A stretch of 64,000 bases of DNA from an uncultured Thermoplasmata archaeon (GCA_963768855.1 CAVYJM010000006.1:224001-288000), one strand, 5' to 3'; positions 29,262-38,887 are shown, counted from the stretch's first letter. The notes: a model not told the origin generated them from the letters alone. Made by a program: numbers and translations.

Positions 29262-30560
29262 ATGAAGAAGATGGTCCAGGGGACCGAGCACGAGTACACC
29301 CTGTTCTGTCGCAGGATGGGGTCGATGGGGTTCGATCCCCACACCGTGGCGCTGGATCTGCTCCGCGAGAGCGACCTCCACCTCGCAGGCGAGTACATCA
29401 CGAACGGCTCGCGCGTCTACTACGACGTCGGGCACTTCGAGGTCAGCACGGCCGAGACGACGAACTTCCACGACGTCGTCGTTTGGGAGAAGGCCGGGGA
29501 GAAGGTCCTCGACTGGCTCCGCCGGGTCATGGAGGACAAGTACACGGACGGGTCCACGAAGATCCACGCGTTCAAGAACAACACCTCGCCCGACGGCACG
29601 TCCTACGGATCCCACGAGAACTACTGCGTCGCTCGCGGCGTGCCGTGGCCGGGCCGCTTCGTCCGGGACCTCGTCCCCCATCTCTCGACGCGGGTTATCT
29701 ACACCGGCGCGGGCGACATCATCCGCGGAAAGTACGTCCTGTCGCCGATGGCCTTCCTCACCTCCCAAGTGATCAGCGGGGAGACGATGCACGACACGGG
29801 CATCCTGAACACGCGCGATGAGCCGCATGCGGACGGCCGCCTCTGGCGTCGCCTGCACGTCATCGTGGGGGACGCCCTCATGAACGAGACGGCGATCATG
29901 CTGCGCCACTTCACGACCTCCGCCGTCCTCCAACTCATGGAGGCGGACGGCCTGAGGGACGTGCCCCGACTCAAGGACCCCGTCCGCGACCTGTGGCACA
30001 ATGTCGAGACCCGGATCCCGGACCAGTGGCGGATCGAGCTCGAGGACGGATCCGTCGTGTCTCCGATCGACATCCAGCGGTACTATCTCTCAAAGGTCGA
30101 GCCGCTGGTCGAGGACGCGTGGGAGAAGCGCGCCCTGAAGACCTGGGAGGAGGTCCTCGACGACCTGGAGAACCGGCGGTCGAAGGAGGCCGCCCACCGC
30201 GTCGAGTGGCTGGACCGATGGTTTGCCATCCAGGCCGCCACGGAGGACAAGGAAGGCCCCGACGTCGAGATGATGGCGTGCAAACAGTACTCCGAGATCG
30301 GTGCGGAGCGCTCCCTGTTCTACAAGAGGCAGAGGGAAGGCCTCGTCGACCGGATCACGGACGACGAGACGATCAAGGCCGCGATCACGACGCCACCGGA
30401 CGACACCCGTGCACGTCTTCGCCGGGAACTTTGCGACACCTTCAATATCGAGATGATTGATTGGTCTGTACTGGTCGTGAACGACGGGAGCCGGCGGCGG
30501 ATCGATCTTCCGGATCCGTACGCCACAAAGTTGGAGGCGACCTATGCCACTGCAGGTTGA
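29262..30560 (+). CDS. Pup-ligase/deamidase (PafA/Dop) family enzyme
   Basis: GTEHEY, NGSRVYYDVGHFEVSTAE, WEKAGE, KNNT...SYGSHENY, NTRDEPHA, RRLHVIVGD, PPDDTRARLR, DWS..VND...DPY, all collinear with PafA/Dop. Confidence 0.93.
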   Translation: MKKMVQGTEHEYTLFCRRMGSMGFDPHTVALDLLRESDLHLAGEYITNGSRVYYDVGHFEVSTAETTNFHDVVVWEKAGEKVLDWLRRVMEDKYTDGSTKIHAFKNNTSPDGTSYGSHENYCVARGVPWPGRFVRDLVPHLSTRVIYTGAGDIIRGKYVLSPMAFLTSQVISGETMHDTGILNTRDEPHADGRLWRRLHVIVGDALMNETAIMLRHFTTSAVLQLMEADGLRDVPRLKDPVRDLWHNVETRIPDQWRIELEDGSVVSPIDIQRYYLSKVEPLVEDAWEKRALKTWEEVLDDLENRRSKEAAHRVEWLDRWFAIQAATEDKEGPDVEMMACKQYSEIGAERSLFYKRQREGLVDRITDDETIKAAITTPPDDTRARLRRELCDTFNIEMIDWSVLVVNDGSRRRIDLPDPYATKLEATYATAG

Positions 30561-30720
30561 GGAGAAGCCGAAGAAGCGCAAGAAGCAGGAGAAGAAGCTA
30601 GAGTTCGAAGCGGGAAAGGTCTTCAGCCCGGGTGAAGTGAAGGAAGAGGACTTCGAGCTCGACCTCGACTCGGCACGGTATCGGGCATCGAAAGGGGAGG
30701 GCGGCGATCGCCGCGCTTGA
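30544..30720 (+). CDS. Pup/UBact-like small modifier, 58 aa (MPLQVEEKPKKRKKQEKKLEFEAGKVFSPGEVKEEDFELDLDSARYRASKGEGGDRRA)
   Basis: Translated by hand; SD GGAGG at 30533-30537; overlaps the PafA/Dop stop; highly charged and low in hydrophobics; DSARYRASKGE resembles the UBact C-terminal RYRQxxGE. Confidence 0.75.
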   Translation: MPLQVEEKPKKRKKQEKKLEFEAGKVFSPGEVKEEDFELDLDSARYRASKGEGGDRRA

Positions 30721-30783
30721 ACCCGCCCGCAGCGACCGCACCGGCGTAACTCTTTATGGCCCGCGGCGTTTCCCGCCGCCTGC

Positions 30784-32064
30784 ATGGCCACCCACGTGGA
30801 CACCTTGGAGAACGGCCTCAAGGTGATCCTCCGCCCCATGCCGGACACGAAGGCCCTCTCTTGCTGGGTCACGTACCGCGTCGGCTCCCGCAATGAGGTC
30901 CCCGGCATGACCGGCTCGACGCACTGGGTCGAGCACATGCTGTTCAAGGGAGGCGGGAAGCTCAAGAAGGGCGAGATCGACCGCCTCATCAGCCGGGTCG
31001 GCGGCAAGATGAACGCCTTCACCGACACGGACTTCACGACGTACTTCGAGACAATCCCCGCGTCCGAGATGGACACGGCCCTCATGATCGAGTCCGAACG
31101 GATGCGGAACGCCGCCTTCGATCCGAAGGAGGTCGAGGCGGAGCGGACCGTCGTGATCAGTGAGCGGGAGGGCGCGGAGAACCAGCCCGAATTCCTCGCC
31201 GAGGAGGAGCTCTGGGGCCTCGCCTTCCACGTGCACCCGTACCACTGGACCGCGATCGGGTACAAGCAGGACCTGGCCAAGCTGGACCGCGACCCTCTCT
31301 ACCAGCATTACCTCCGGTACTACGCGCCGAACAACGCGTTCCTCGTCCTCGTGGGCGGCTTCGACCCTGCGGTCGCGATGCAGCACATCCGGGAGTCCTT
31401 CTCGCCCCTGAAGCCCGAGCCGATCCCTCCGGTCATGCGCCTCGTGGAGCCGGAGCAGCACGGGGAGCGCCGGAGTGACCTCGAACGGCCCGGGGCGACG
31501 GACCTCTTCAGCGTCGGCTGGCACATCCCGCCGTTCGTCCACGAGGACACGCCCGCGCTGATCCTCCTCGCGACGATCCTGGGCGGTTGGCATGGGCTCA
31601 CCCCCTTCGCCGCGGGCGACTGGCACTCCCGCTCAAACCGGCTGTACCGTGCGCTCGTCGACGCGAAGCTCGCGACGGACGTCGGCGTGCGGCAGGAGCT
31701 GAAGCTCGACCCCGCGCTCCTGATCGTCAGCGCGACCCTCGCGGGCAAGATTCCGCTGGACCGGGTCGAGCACGTCCTGGACCGCGAGGTGGACCGCCTG
31801 CGCAAGGCCCCGCCCTCCAAGGCGGAGATGGACCGCGCGAAGCGGCAGGTTCGCTCGTGGTACCGCTACGAGCACGACGGGGTGACGTACCAGGGGATGC
31901 TCCTGTCCACGCTCGAGGCCCTCTCCGGCTGGGATGCGGGGGAGGGCATCCTGACGAAGGTCGACCGGCTCCGGCCGAACCACGTGCGGGAGGCCGCGCG
32001 CCGGTATCTCGTGGAGGACCACCGAAGCGTCGTCCGCTTCCACGCCCAGGAGGCGCCGTCGTGA
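30784..32064 (+). CDS. M16 (pitrilysin/MPP-like) metallopeptidase, catalytic subunit
   Basis: LENGLKVI, YRVGSRNE, GSTHWVEHMLFKG (HxxEH), NAFT, YAPNNA. Confidence 0.95.
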   Translation: MATHVDTLENGLKVILRPMPDTKALSCWVTYRVGSRNEVPGMTGSTHWVEHMLFKGGGKLKKGEIDRLISRVGGKMNAFTDTDFTTYFETIPASEMDTALMIESERMRNAAFDPKEVEAERTVVISEREGAENQPEFLAEEELWGLAFHVHPYHWTAIGYKQDLAKLDRDPLYQHYLRYYAPNNAFLVLVGGFDPAVAMQHIRESFSPLKPEPIPPVMRLVEPEQHGERRSDLERPGATDLFSVGWHIPPFVHEDTPALILLATILGGWHGLTPFAAGDWHSRSNRLYRALVDAKLATDVGVRQELKLDPALLIVSATLAGKIPLDRVEHVLDREVDRLRKAPPSKAEMDRAKRQVRSWYRYEHDGVTYQGMLLSTLEALSGWDAGEGILTKVDRLRPNHVREAARRYLVEDHRSVVRFHAQEAPS

Positions 32065-33317
32065 CGCTCCCCGACCGCGCGGTTCTGGACAACGGGGCGG
32101 TCGTCATCTCGCAGCCCCTCTCCTCGAACCCCTTCATCGCCTTCCGGGGCAGCGTCCCCGCCGGGACGGTCTCGGAGGGCACGGACTTCGGCGTCGCCGA
32201 GTTCGCGGCGCGGCTGCTCCTCGGCGGCACGCGGCGCGCCTCCGCCGCGAAGCTCGCGGACCGCCTCGAGGGGATCGGCGCGACCCTGGAGTTCCACAAC
32301 TCCCAGGAGCTGCTCGTCTTCTCGGGACGTTGCACGCGGGAGACCGTCGCCGAGACCGTGCGGATCCTGGTCGAGTGCCTCTCGCAGCCCGCTTTCCCCG
32401 CCAAGGAGGTCGAACGCGTCCGAGGTGAGCTCCTGAATGACCAGCGCATCGAGGAGGACGATCCCCGCCAGCGCGCCTACCGCGAGTTGCTCCGGATCGT
32501 GTTCCCGAAGGACCACCCGTACGGGCGGGACCCGAAGGGCGGCATGGACCGGATCCGGCGCATCAAGCGGGCGGACCTCGTCGCGTTCTACGAGGAGCAC
32601 ATCGGTCCGGACGGCCTCATCTTCGCGATCACAGGGGACGTCGACCGCCAGGTCGTCGAGACGGCCGTGGCGGCCCCCCTAGCTCGATTCCACGGAGAGG
32701 CCGTCGCGGTGCGAATTCCTCCACCGCCGCCGTACAAGCCGCGGAACGCGACGATTCCCATGCCCCACAAGTCCCAGGCGGACATCGTTGTGGGCGCCCC
32801 GGCGATCCCCCGGTGCCACGACGACTACTACCCGCTCCTCCTTGCCAACCTCCTCTTTGGTCGGATCGGGCTCTTCGGGCGCCTCGGCACGACCCTGCGC
32901 GACGAGCTCGGCCTCGCGTACTACGCGTACAGCAGCCTGGACGCGCGCACCGCGGGCGGCATGTGGTCCATCAATGTCGGCGTGAACCCGTCGAATCTCG
33001 CACGGGCCATCGAGGGCGTGCGGCACGAGATGGACCGCCTCCGCTCGAACCCCTTCCCGGCGGGCGAGATCCAGGATGGGAAGGACAACCAGGTCGGCTC
33101 GCTCATTGTCTCCCTCGAGCGGAACGCGGAGGTCGCGTCCGAGCTGCACCGCATGGAGTACTACGGCCTCGGGATGGACTTCCTCGAGCGGTACGGGGAG
33201 ATCATCCAGGGGCTCACCGCCGAGACCGTGCGCGCGACCGCCGCGAAGTACTTCAGCCCGCCGGAGAGCTCGATGGTCGTCGCCGGTCCGGTCGGCCGGT
33301 CGCGTCTCACGCTGTGA
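32061..33317 (+). CDS. M16 peptidase, non-catalytic partner subunit
   Basis: LDNGAVV, GVAEFAARLL (no HxxEH), SQADIVVG, RDELGLAYY; GTGA start/stop overlap with the catalytic subunit. Confidence 0.9.
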   Translation: MTLPDRAVLDNGAVVISQPLSSNPFIAFRGSVPAGTVSEGTDFGVAEFAARLLLGGTRRASAAKLADRLEGIGATLEFHNSQELLVFSGRCTRETVAETVRILVECLSQPAFPAKEVERVRGELLNDQRIEEDDPRQRAYRELLRIVFPKDHPYGRDPKGGMDRIRRIKRADLVAFYEEHIGPDGLIFAITGDVDRQVVETAVAAPLARFHGEAVAVRIPPPPPYKPRNATIPMPHKSQADIVVGAPAIPRCHDDYYPLLLANLLFGRIGLFGRLGTTLRDELGLAYYAYSSLDARTAGGMWSINVGVNPSNLARAIEGVRHEMDRLRSNPFPAGEIQDGKDNQVGSLIVSLERNAEVASELHRMEYYGLGMDFLERYGEIIQGLTAETVRATAAKYFSPPESSMVVAGPVGRSRLTL

Positions 33318-33449
33318 GACCTGGCGGGCCTGCACACTTACAGTATAGACCTTATTTCAACGGTTCGGACGGCGTTCTCGCTCCCTGAGCGTAGGTGGTG
33401 GGTGGACACCACTGTCGAGTTCTTTCAGTCCAGCGGAGGGAATGATTAG

Positions 33450-36400
33450 ATGAAGTCATTGACACAACGGACACTCGTAGTGCTGCTGGCATGGGTGATG
33501 GTTTCCGCGGCGCTCGTCGTCGCGGCTTCGGGGTCGGTGCGGGCGGCCGCCGTCACGGCTCGTGGACCGGCCGTCGTGATGACGGGAACGCCGGCCCCGC
33601 TGGTTCCGGCCCCCGATCCTGCGGTGGAGCGCTTCCTGCAGGGTAGTCCGGCGGATCCGAGTTACTGGGGGAAGATGAGTTCCTCCGTCCAGTCCGCGGC
33701 CCGCGTGGCGAGCGGGACGATCGAGGTCGCCATCTACACGGACGAGGTGTCCGAGCTCGGTGCCCTGCTGCGGAAGGCCGGAGTCGAGACCCAGATCGGG
33801 TCCGTTCCGTCGACCTACGCCGGACCTCGCGTGGTGACGATCGAGGTCCCCGCGAAGCTCCTGGAAAAGATTGCGACCCTTGACCACGTCGTCGCGGTCG
33901 CCCCGGCCGTCGTGCCGCAGGTCCCCGACCAGGCCGACCCGGACCTCCCCGCCCGCGCGGACGCGGGCGCCCCGGCACCGACGATCATCGAGGCGGGCAA
34001 GGGCCACCAGGTCCCGGAGGCATGGGCCCTCGGCTTCAACGGCACGGGGATCAACGTCGCGGTCATGGACAGCGGCGTCGACTTCGGCCACCCGGACCTC
34101 CAGGGCACGTTCGCCCGCGATCCGAACCCCAGCTCCCCGTACTACAACTGGCCGATCGCCTTCGACCCCAATTCGATGTTCCGTTATCTCGTCGGCGGCA
34201 TGACCTTCCCCGCCGCTCCGGGCTCCTGGTATGTCAACACGAGTTTCGCCACGACGGCGAACCCGGGGAACGGGACGCTCGATGCATCGTTCAACGGCCA
34301 CTTCTACAACGTCTTCGGCATCCCGAGCCTGAGCGGGTTGTACCACCTCGGGGTCCACCCGGACCTCACCCTCTACTACTGGTGGTTCGGGGAGCGCCCC
34401 GCGGTCCTCGTGACCGACGCGAACACCCCGGGCGTCTATGACACGGTCTACGTCGACCTGAACGACGACTACGTGTTCGGCGACGATCGGGCGGTCGACG
34501 TCAACTCGCCCGTGGCTTGGGACGACCTCGATACGGACGGGGTCGCCGACGTGTCCGGCGGCATGGTCTACTTCATCGCGGACGGGATCAACCCCGTCCC
34601 CTACTCCGACGTGGTCGCGAACCGGTACGGCCTCCCCCTGCCCACGCCCGGCTCCGGCGATCTGGTCGCCTTCATGATTGGCGACTACTTCGCACCGGGC
34701 GGCGACCACGGGACTCTCTGCTCCTCCGCGATCGTGGCCCAGAACCAAACGGGCCACGTCCTCGGGTTCGCCCCGGGGGCCAAGCTCATCGCGGTAGGTG
34801 ACATCTACTCCGGCGGCTTCGCCTACGACATCTATGAGTTCGTCGGCGAAGGCTACGACGGCGTCTCCGACACGGGCGACGAGGCCCAGGTGGCCTCCGC
34901 CTCCTTCGGCTACTCTGGCATCTTCAACGACGGCTGGGACTACGAGGCCCGCTTCGTCGAGCTCATGTCCTACATCAACATGGGCACGGCCTTCACCGTG
35001 TCCACGGGGAACGGCGGGCACGGTTTCGGCACGGTGACCTCTCCGGGTTCGAGCAACGGCGTCATCGCCGTGGGCGCGTCGACGAGCTACAACAAGGAGC
35101 TCGGCGTCGAGGGCTTCGAGGATGCAAACCACTCCACCTTCGGAGACGTCCAGCCGTGGTCCAACCGGGGTCCGAGCACCCTCGGGAACACGAAGCCCGA
35201 CGTGGTTACGGTGGGCGCTTGGGCGACCGGTGATGGGGCGCTCAACTCCTTCGGGTTCGCCCCGCCATGGACGGTCTGGGGCGGGACCTCCCTCTCGGCC
35301 CCCGCCACCGCAGGGATCGTCGCACTCATTGCGGAAGCCTGGACTAGCAACGGCATGGGCACGCCCTGGGCGAACTTCATCGGGAAGCTCCTCCTGGACG
35401 ACGGCGCCACGAACATCCACTACGATCCGCAGGTGATGGGACACGGGCTGGCGAACGCCTACCGGTCCGTCCTCGCCGCGAGCCTCCAGGGAGGCGTCCT
35501 CACGTACGACGCCAACGCGTCGTTCCTCCCGAGCGCGGACTGGACCGCGGGGGACTATCGGGGCGTGAAGTATCCGAGCTTCGCCCGGATCATGTCGCCC
35601 GGCCAGACGAACACAACGACCCTTGCGGTCCTGAACGCGGACCAGGTGAACGAAGATGATATCACGGTCTCGGACTGGGAGCTCCAGCTCTCGGACACGC
35701 AGACCTTCGCGTTCAACGCCTCCAACGCGGAGGAGAGCACTCCCGATTTCCTGCGGCCGGACTACCTCATGGACCTGACGCCGTACGTCCCGGCGGAGAC
35801 CAACCTCGTCAAGGTCACGGTCAGCTACCCGTACTCGGAGTTCGACCCGAACGGGAACTACGTGCAGGACAGCAGCTGGCGCCTCGTCCTCTATGATTGG
35901 GCGGACTACAACACGAACGGGATCTTCTGGAACGACGCGAACGGGAACGGCGTGGTCAACGCCGGAGAGATGGACAGCTCGAGCGGCACGGAGGTCATGC
36001 GTTTCACCTACGGCTACCCGACGGGGACGAACATCGAGGCCTTCGTGCACGATCCGATCTCGAGGATCCACACGGGTCTGTTGCTCGGCCTCCAGCACCG
36101 CGCCGTCTCGGCCCTCGTGCCGACCACGAACCTGACCGTCACGGTGGACTACTATGAGGCGGCGGACGCGCCGTGGCTGTCGACGAGCCTCCCGAGCGCG
36201 GTCATCTCGCCGCTGGGGATGATCCCGGTGTTCGTGGACGTGACCCTGCCCGCGAACCAGCCCTTCGGCACACTCTCCGGGATGGTCACGATCTCGAACT
36301 CCACGGACGTGGAGACGGAGATCCCGGTCCTCGTGAACGTCGCAGCGACCGGGACGGACTTCACCTTCGGTGGAAATTCGTCGAGCACCGCGTTCCTGAA

Positions 36401-38693
36401 CAACAACCGGGTGTTCGGCGGGAACGACTGGTCGTGGCGCGCAGAGGCCGGGGATTGGCGATTCTTCTTCACGGACATCCCCGACAGCACGCCGATCAGC
36501 CCGGGAGACACCCTCCTCGTGCACACCTCGTGGGAGAACGTCCCGACGGACATCGACACCGTGATCATGGGCCCGACGCCGGACTTCCAGTTCAGCGGGC
36601 CCGGCAGCCCCTGGGGACCGTACACGCTGGACACGGTTGGTGCGAGCGCGAATACCCTGATTACCGCGGGTACCTGGGCGTTCCAGACCGCCACGGGCGG
36701 TCCGGAGGAATGGGTCGCCGCCCCGCTCCAGACCGGGCTCCACGAGATCGCGCTGCACGATGTGAACTACGCGGGCTTCGGTCCCTCCGAGGTGTTCATG
36801 GGAGAGGTCGGTCGCTTCAGCCTGACCCCGAACCCGTGGATCGTGTCCACGCCCAACCTGACGGGGTCGTCGTCGTTCGCAACGAACTCCTCCCTCACCC
36901 TCCCCGGTCTCGATGTGGCAGCCTTCGGCGTCGCACAGCCCGTGGCGGAGGACAGCGTGTCGATCGGCCAGGGGGACTCCTGGATGACCTTCTTCTCCGC
37001 GGCGAACATCGGGGTCATCGACCTGCAGATTGACGAATCCTACCCGCAGGGGATGGACATCGATCTGTACCTCTATCGTTGGACCGGAAGCACGTACGCG
37101 CTGGTGGCGTCCTCGGCGGGTTCTACGGCCTCGGAGCACATCCGGCTCACGATGCCGGCCGATGGGGACTACGCGGTTCTCGTCGACGGGTACTCCGTGC
37201 CCGCGGGGACCGGATACTTCGACTATTTCCAGGCGGTGGTCGCGGGTGCGAACCTGATGCCGATGAACGTGCCGACCTCGACGATCCCGGCGGGAATCCC
37301 CTCCGGGTTCGACGTTGCCTGGAACTTCGACCCGGAGATCGAGCCCTTCCAGATCTATCTGGGCGTCCTCTTCGTCGGACCGAGGGGCGCCCCCGCAATT
37401 GAAGTGGACGGGCTCTTCCTCACGTACGACGACTACGCGCCTCTCGTGCAGTCGACCGACCCGGCGAACGGGACCTCGATTCGGACGCGCGTGCCGACGA
37501 TCACCGTGAGCTATGTGGACCCGGAGATCACCTCCGGCATCTCGAACGTGGCGTTCCTGCTGGACGGGCTGGACATGACGTTCGCCGGAACCTGGAACGA
37601 GACGAGCTTCGTGTGGTCCATGCCGTTTGACCTTTCCGAGGGAACCCACGATCTGGAGATTGTGATTTGGGACCACGCCGGTTTCAGCACGTCCTACACC
37701 TGGGTCTTCACGGTCGACACGACGGCGCCTCCGCTCTCGGTGACTTCGCCGGCGTACGCGCTGACGAACAGCGCCTTGGCGACGGTCGCCGGAGCCACTC
37801 AGGCGGGTGCGAAGCTCACCGTCAACGGGAACCTCGTCACCGTGGGCTCAGGCGGCGCGTTCAGCACGACGGTCACGTTGGTCGAAGGCACGAACACCCT
37901 GACCGTGGTCGCGACCGATCTTGCCGGGAATTCCGCGACCGTCGTGAAGACGGTCGTTCTGGACACGCTCCCTCCGGCGGTGGCCATCACGTCCCCCTCG
38001 GACGGCGACCCCATCGCCGACGTCGTCCATGTGGTCGGCACAGCCGAGCTCGGCGCACACCTCACGGTGAATGGGGTGAACGTCGCGGTCGACTCGAGCG
38101 GAGGCTGGAACCTGGATCTCTCCTTCGCGGGCGGCAGCCACACGATCACCGCCACGGCGACGGATACGGCCGGGAACTCCGCGACGGCGACCGTGACGCT
38201 CGCCTTCGACACCACGGCACCGATCGTGTTCGTGACAGCTCCCGCGAACGGCCTCACGACGAACCACTCCTCAGTGGTCGTCAGCGGGACGGTCGATGAT
38301 GTCACGGCCATCGTCCTCGTTAACGGAATCGTGGTGCATCCGAACGCCCAGGGCGCGTGGTCGGTACCGATCGCCCTCCTGGAAGGCAGCAACACGATTA
38401 CCGTGTCCGCGATGGACCCGGCCGGCAACATGGCGACCGCGGTGACCCGGCAGGTGACGTACAACTCGCCGATCCCCGGTCTCCAGAACGGGATCGACAA
38501 CAACCAGAACGGGATTGATGCGAACCAGCAGTCGATCAACGGGCTGTCCGGGAACCTGCTGTACGGCCTCATCGGCGTCCTCGTCGTCGCGCTCGCGGCG
38601 ATCGGCGTGGTCTATGTCCTCCTGAGCCGGAAGATTGTGGCGAGCAGCGGGAAGAAGCTCGAAGCACCGAAAGAGAACAAGGGAGAGCCCTGA
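33450..38693 (+). CDS. Membrane-anchored pyrolysin-like S8 serine protease (1747 aa) with PPC and Ig-like repeats
   Basis: Signal peptide; VAVMDSGVDFGHPDL (Asp), long insert, DHGTLCSS (His), GNGG oxyanion Asn, KPDV, GGTSLSAP (Ser); DIDLYL PPC domain; DTTAP Ig repeats; C-terminal TM. Confidence 0.93.
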   Translation: MKSLTQRTLVVLLAWVMVSAALVVAASGSVRAAAVTARGPAVVMTGTPAPLVPAPDPAVERFLQGSPADPSYWGKMSSSVQSAARVASGTIEVAIYTDEVSELGALLRKAGVETQIGSVPSTYAGPRVVTIEVPAKLLEKIATLDHVVAVAPAVVPQVPDQADPDLPARADAGAPAPTIIEAGKGHQVPEAWALGFNGTGINVAVMDSGVDFGHPDLQGTFARDPNPSSPYYNWPIAFDPNSMFRYLVGGMTFPAAPGSWYVNTSFATTANPGNGTLDASFNGHFYNVFGIPSLSGLYHLGVHPDLTLYYWWFGERPAVLVTDANTPGVYDTVYVDLNDDYVFGDDRAVDVNSPVAWDDLDTDGVADVSGGMVYFIADGINPVPYSDVVANRYGLPLPTPGSGDLVAFMIGDYFAPGGDHGTLCSSAIVAQNQTGHVLGFAPGAKLIAVGDIYSGGFAYDIYEFVGEGYDGVSDTGDEAQVASASFGYSGIFNDGWDYEARFVELMSYINMGTAFTVSTGNGGHGFGTVTSPGSSNGVIAVGASTSYNKELGVEGFEDANHSTFGDVQPWSNRGPSTLGNTKPDVVTVGAWATGDGALNSFGFAPPWTVWGGTSLSAPATAGIVALIAEAWTSNGMGTPWANFIGKLLLDDGATNIHYDPQVMGHGLANAYRSVLAASLQGGVLTYDANASFLPSADWTAGDYRGVKYPSFARIMSPGQTNTTTLAVLNADQVNEDDITVSDWELQLSDTQTFAFNASNAEESTPDFLRPDYLMDLTPYVPAETNLVKVTVSYPYSEFDPNGNYVQDSSWRLVLYDWADYNTNGIFWNDANGNGVVNAGEMDSSSGTEVMRFTYGYPTGTNIEAFVHDPISRIHTGLLLGLQHRAVSALVPTTNLTVTVDYYEAADAPWLSTSLPSAVISPLGMIPVFVDVTLPANQPFGTLSGMVTISNSTDVETEIPVLVNVAATGTDFTFGGNSSSTAFLNNNRVFGGNDWSWRAEAGDWRFFFTDIPDSTPISPGDTLLVHTSWENVPTDIDTVIMGPTPDFQFSGPGSPWGPYTLDTVGASANTLITAGTWAFQTATGGPEEWVAAPLQTGLHEIALHDVNYAGFGPSEVFMGEVGRFSLTPNPWIVSTPNLTGSSSFATNSSLTLPGLDVAAFGVAQPVAEDSVSIGQGDSWMTFFSAANIGVIDLQIDESYPQGMDIDLYLYRWTGSTYALVASSAGSTASEHIRLTMPADGDYAVLVDGYSVPAGTGYFDYFQAVVAGANLMPMNVPTSTIPAGIPSGFDVAWNFDPEIEPFQIYLGVLFVGPRGAPAIEVDGLFLTYDDYAPLVQSTDPANGTSIRTRVPTITVSYVDPEITSGISNVAFLLDGLDMTFAGTWNETSFVWSMPFDLSEGTHDLEIVIWDHAGFSTSYTWVFTVDTTAPPLSVTSPAYALTNSALATVAGATQAGAKLTVNGNLVTVGSGGAFSTTVTLVEGTNTLTVVATDLAGNSATVVKTVVLDTLPPAVAITSPSDGDPIADVVHVVGTAELGAHLTVNGVNVAVDSSGGWNLDLSFAGGSHTITATATDTAGNSATATVTLAFDTTAPIVFVTAPANGLTTNHSSVVVSGTVDDVTAIVLVNGIVVHPNAQGAWSVPIALLEGSNTITVSAMDPAGNMATAVTRQVTYNSPIPGLQNGIDNNQNGIDANQQSINGLSGNLLYGLIGVLVVALAAIGVVYVLLSRKIVASSGKKLEAPKENKGEP

Positions 38694-38887
38694 GCTCTCC
38701 CCCTTTCCCCTTTTGACCCGGAACCCCGCAACGGGTCGTGGACCGAGCGAAGCGGCCGCATGCATGAGCCGACGGGAGGGTACGTTCTCAGCTTTTATAT
38801 CGGGAGGAGGCCTACCTCGCGGCGCTCGGCCGGACTCGCGTGGGACGCCTTTCTCCGTGCGCGGTCCCCGGGCTCGAGGGACCTCTC

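Noticed and set aside
29262-30560. Glutamine synthetase or glutamate-cysteine ligase
   Set aside because: Same superfamily, but NTRDEPHA, RRLHVIVGD and the C-terminal TRARLR/DW/DPY motifs are specific to PafA/Dop.
33456-37676. 1406-aa minus-strand ORF, and similar ones at 19326..21077, 27591..29999, 54196..55842 and 58899..60197
   Set aside because: Exact-frame antisense shadows of well-supported genes, expected at high GC.
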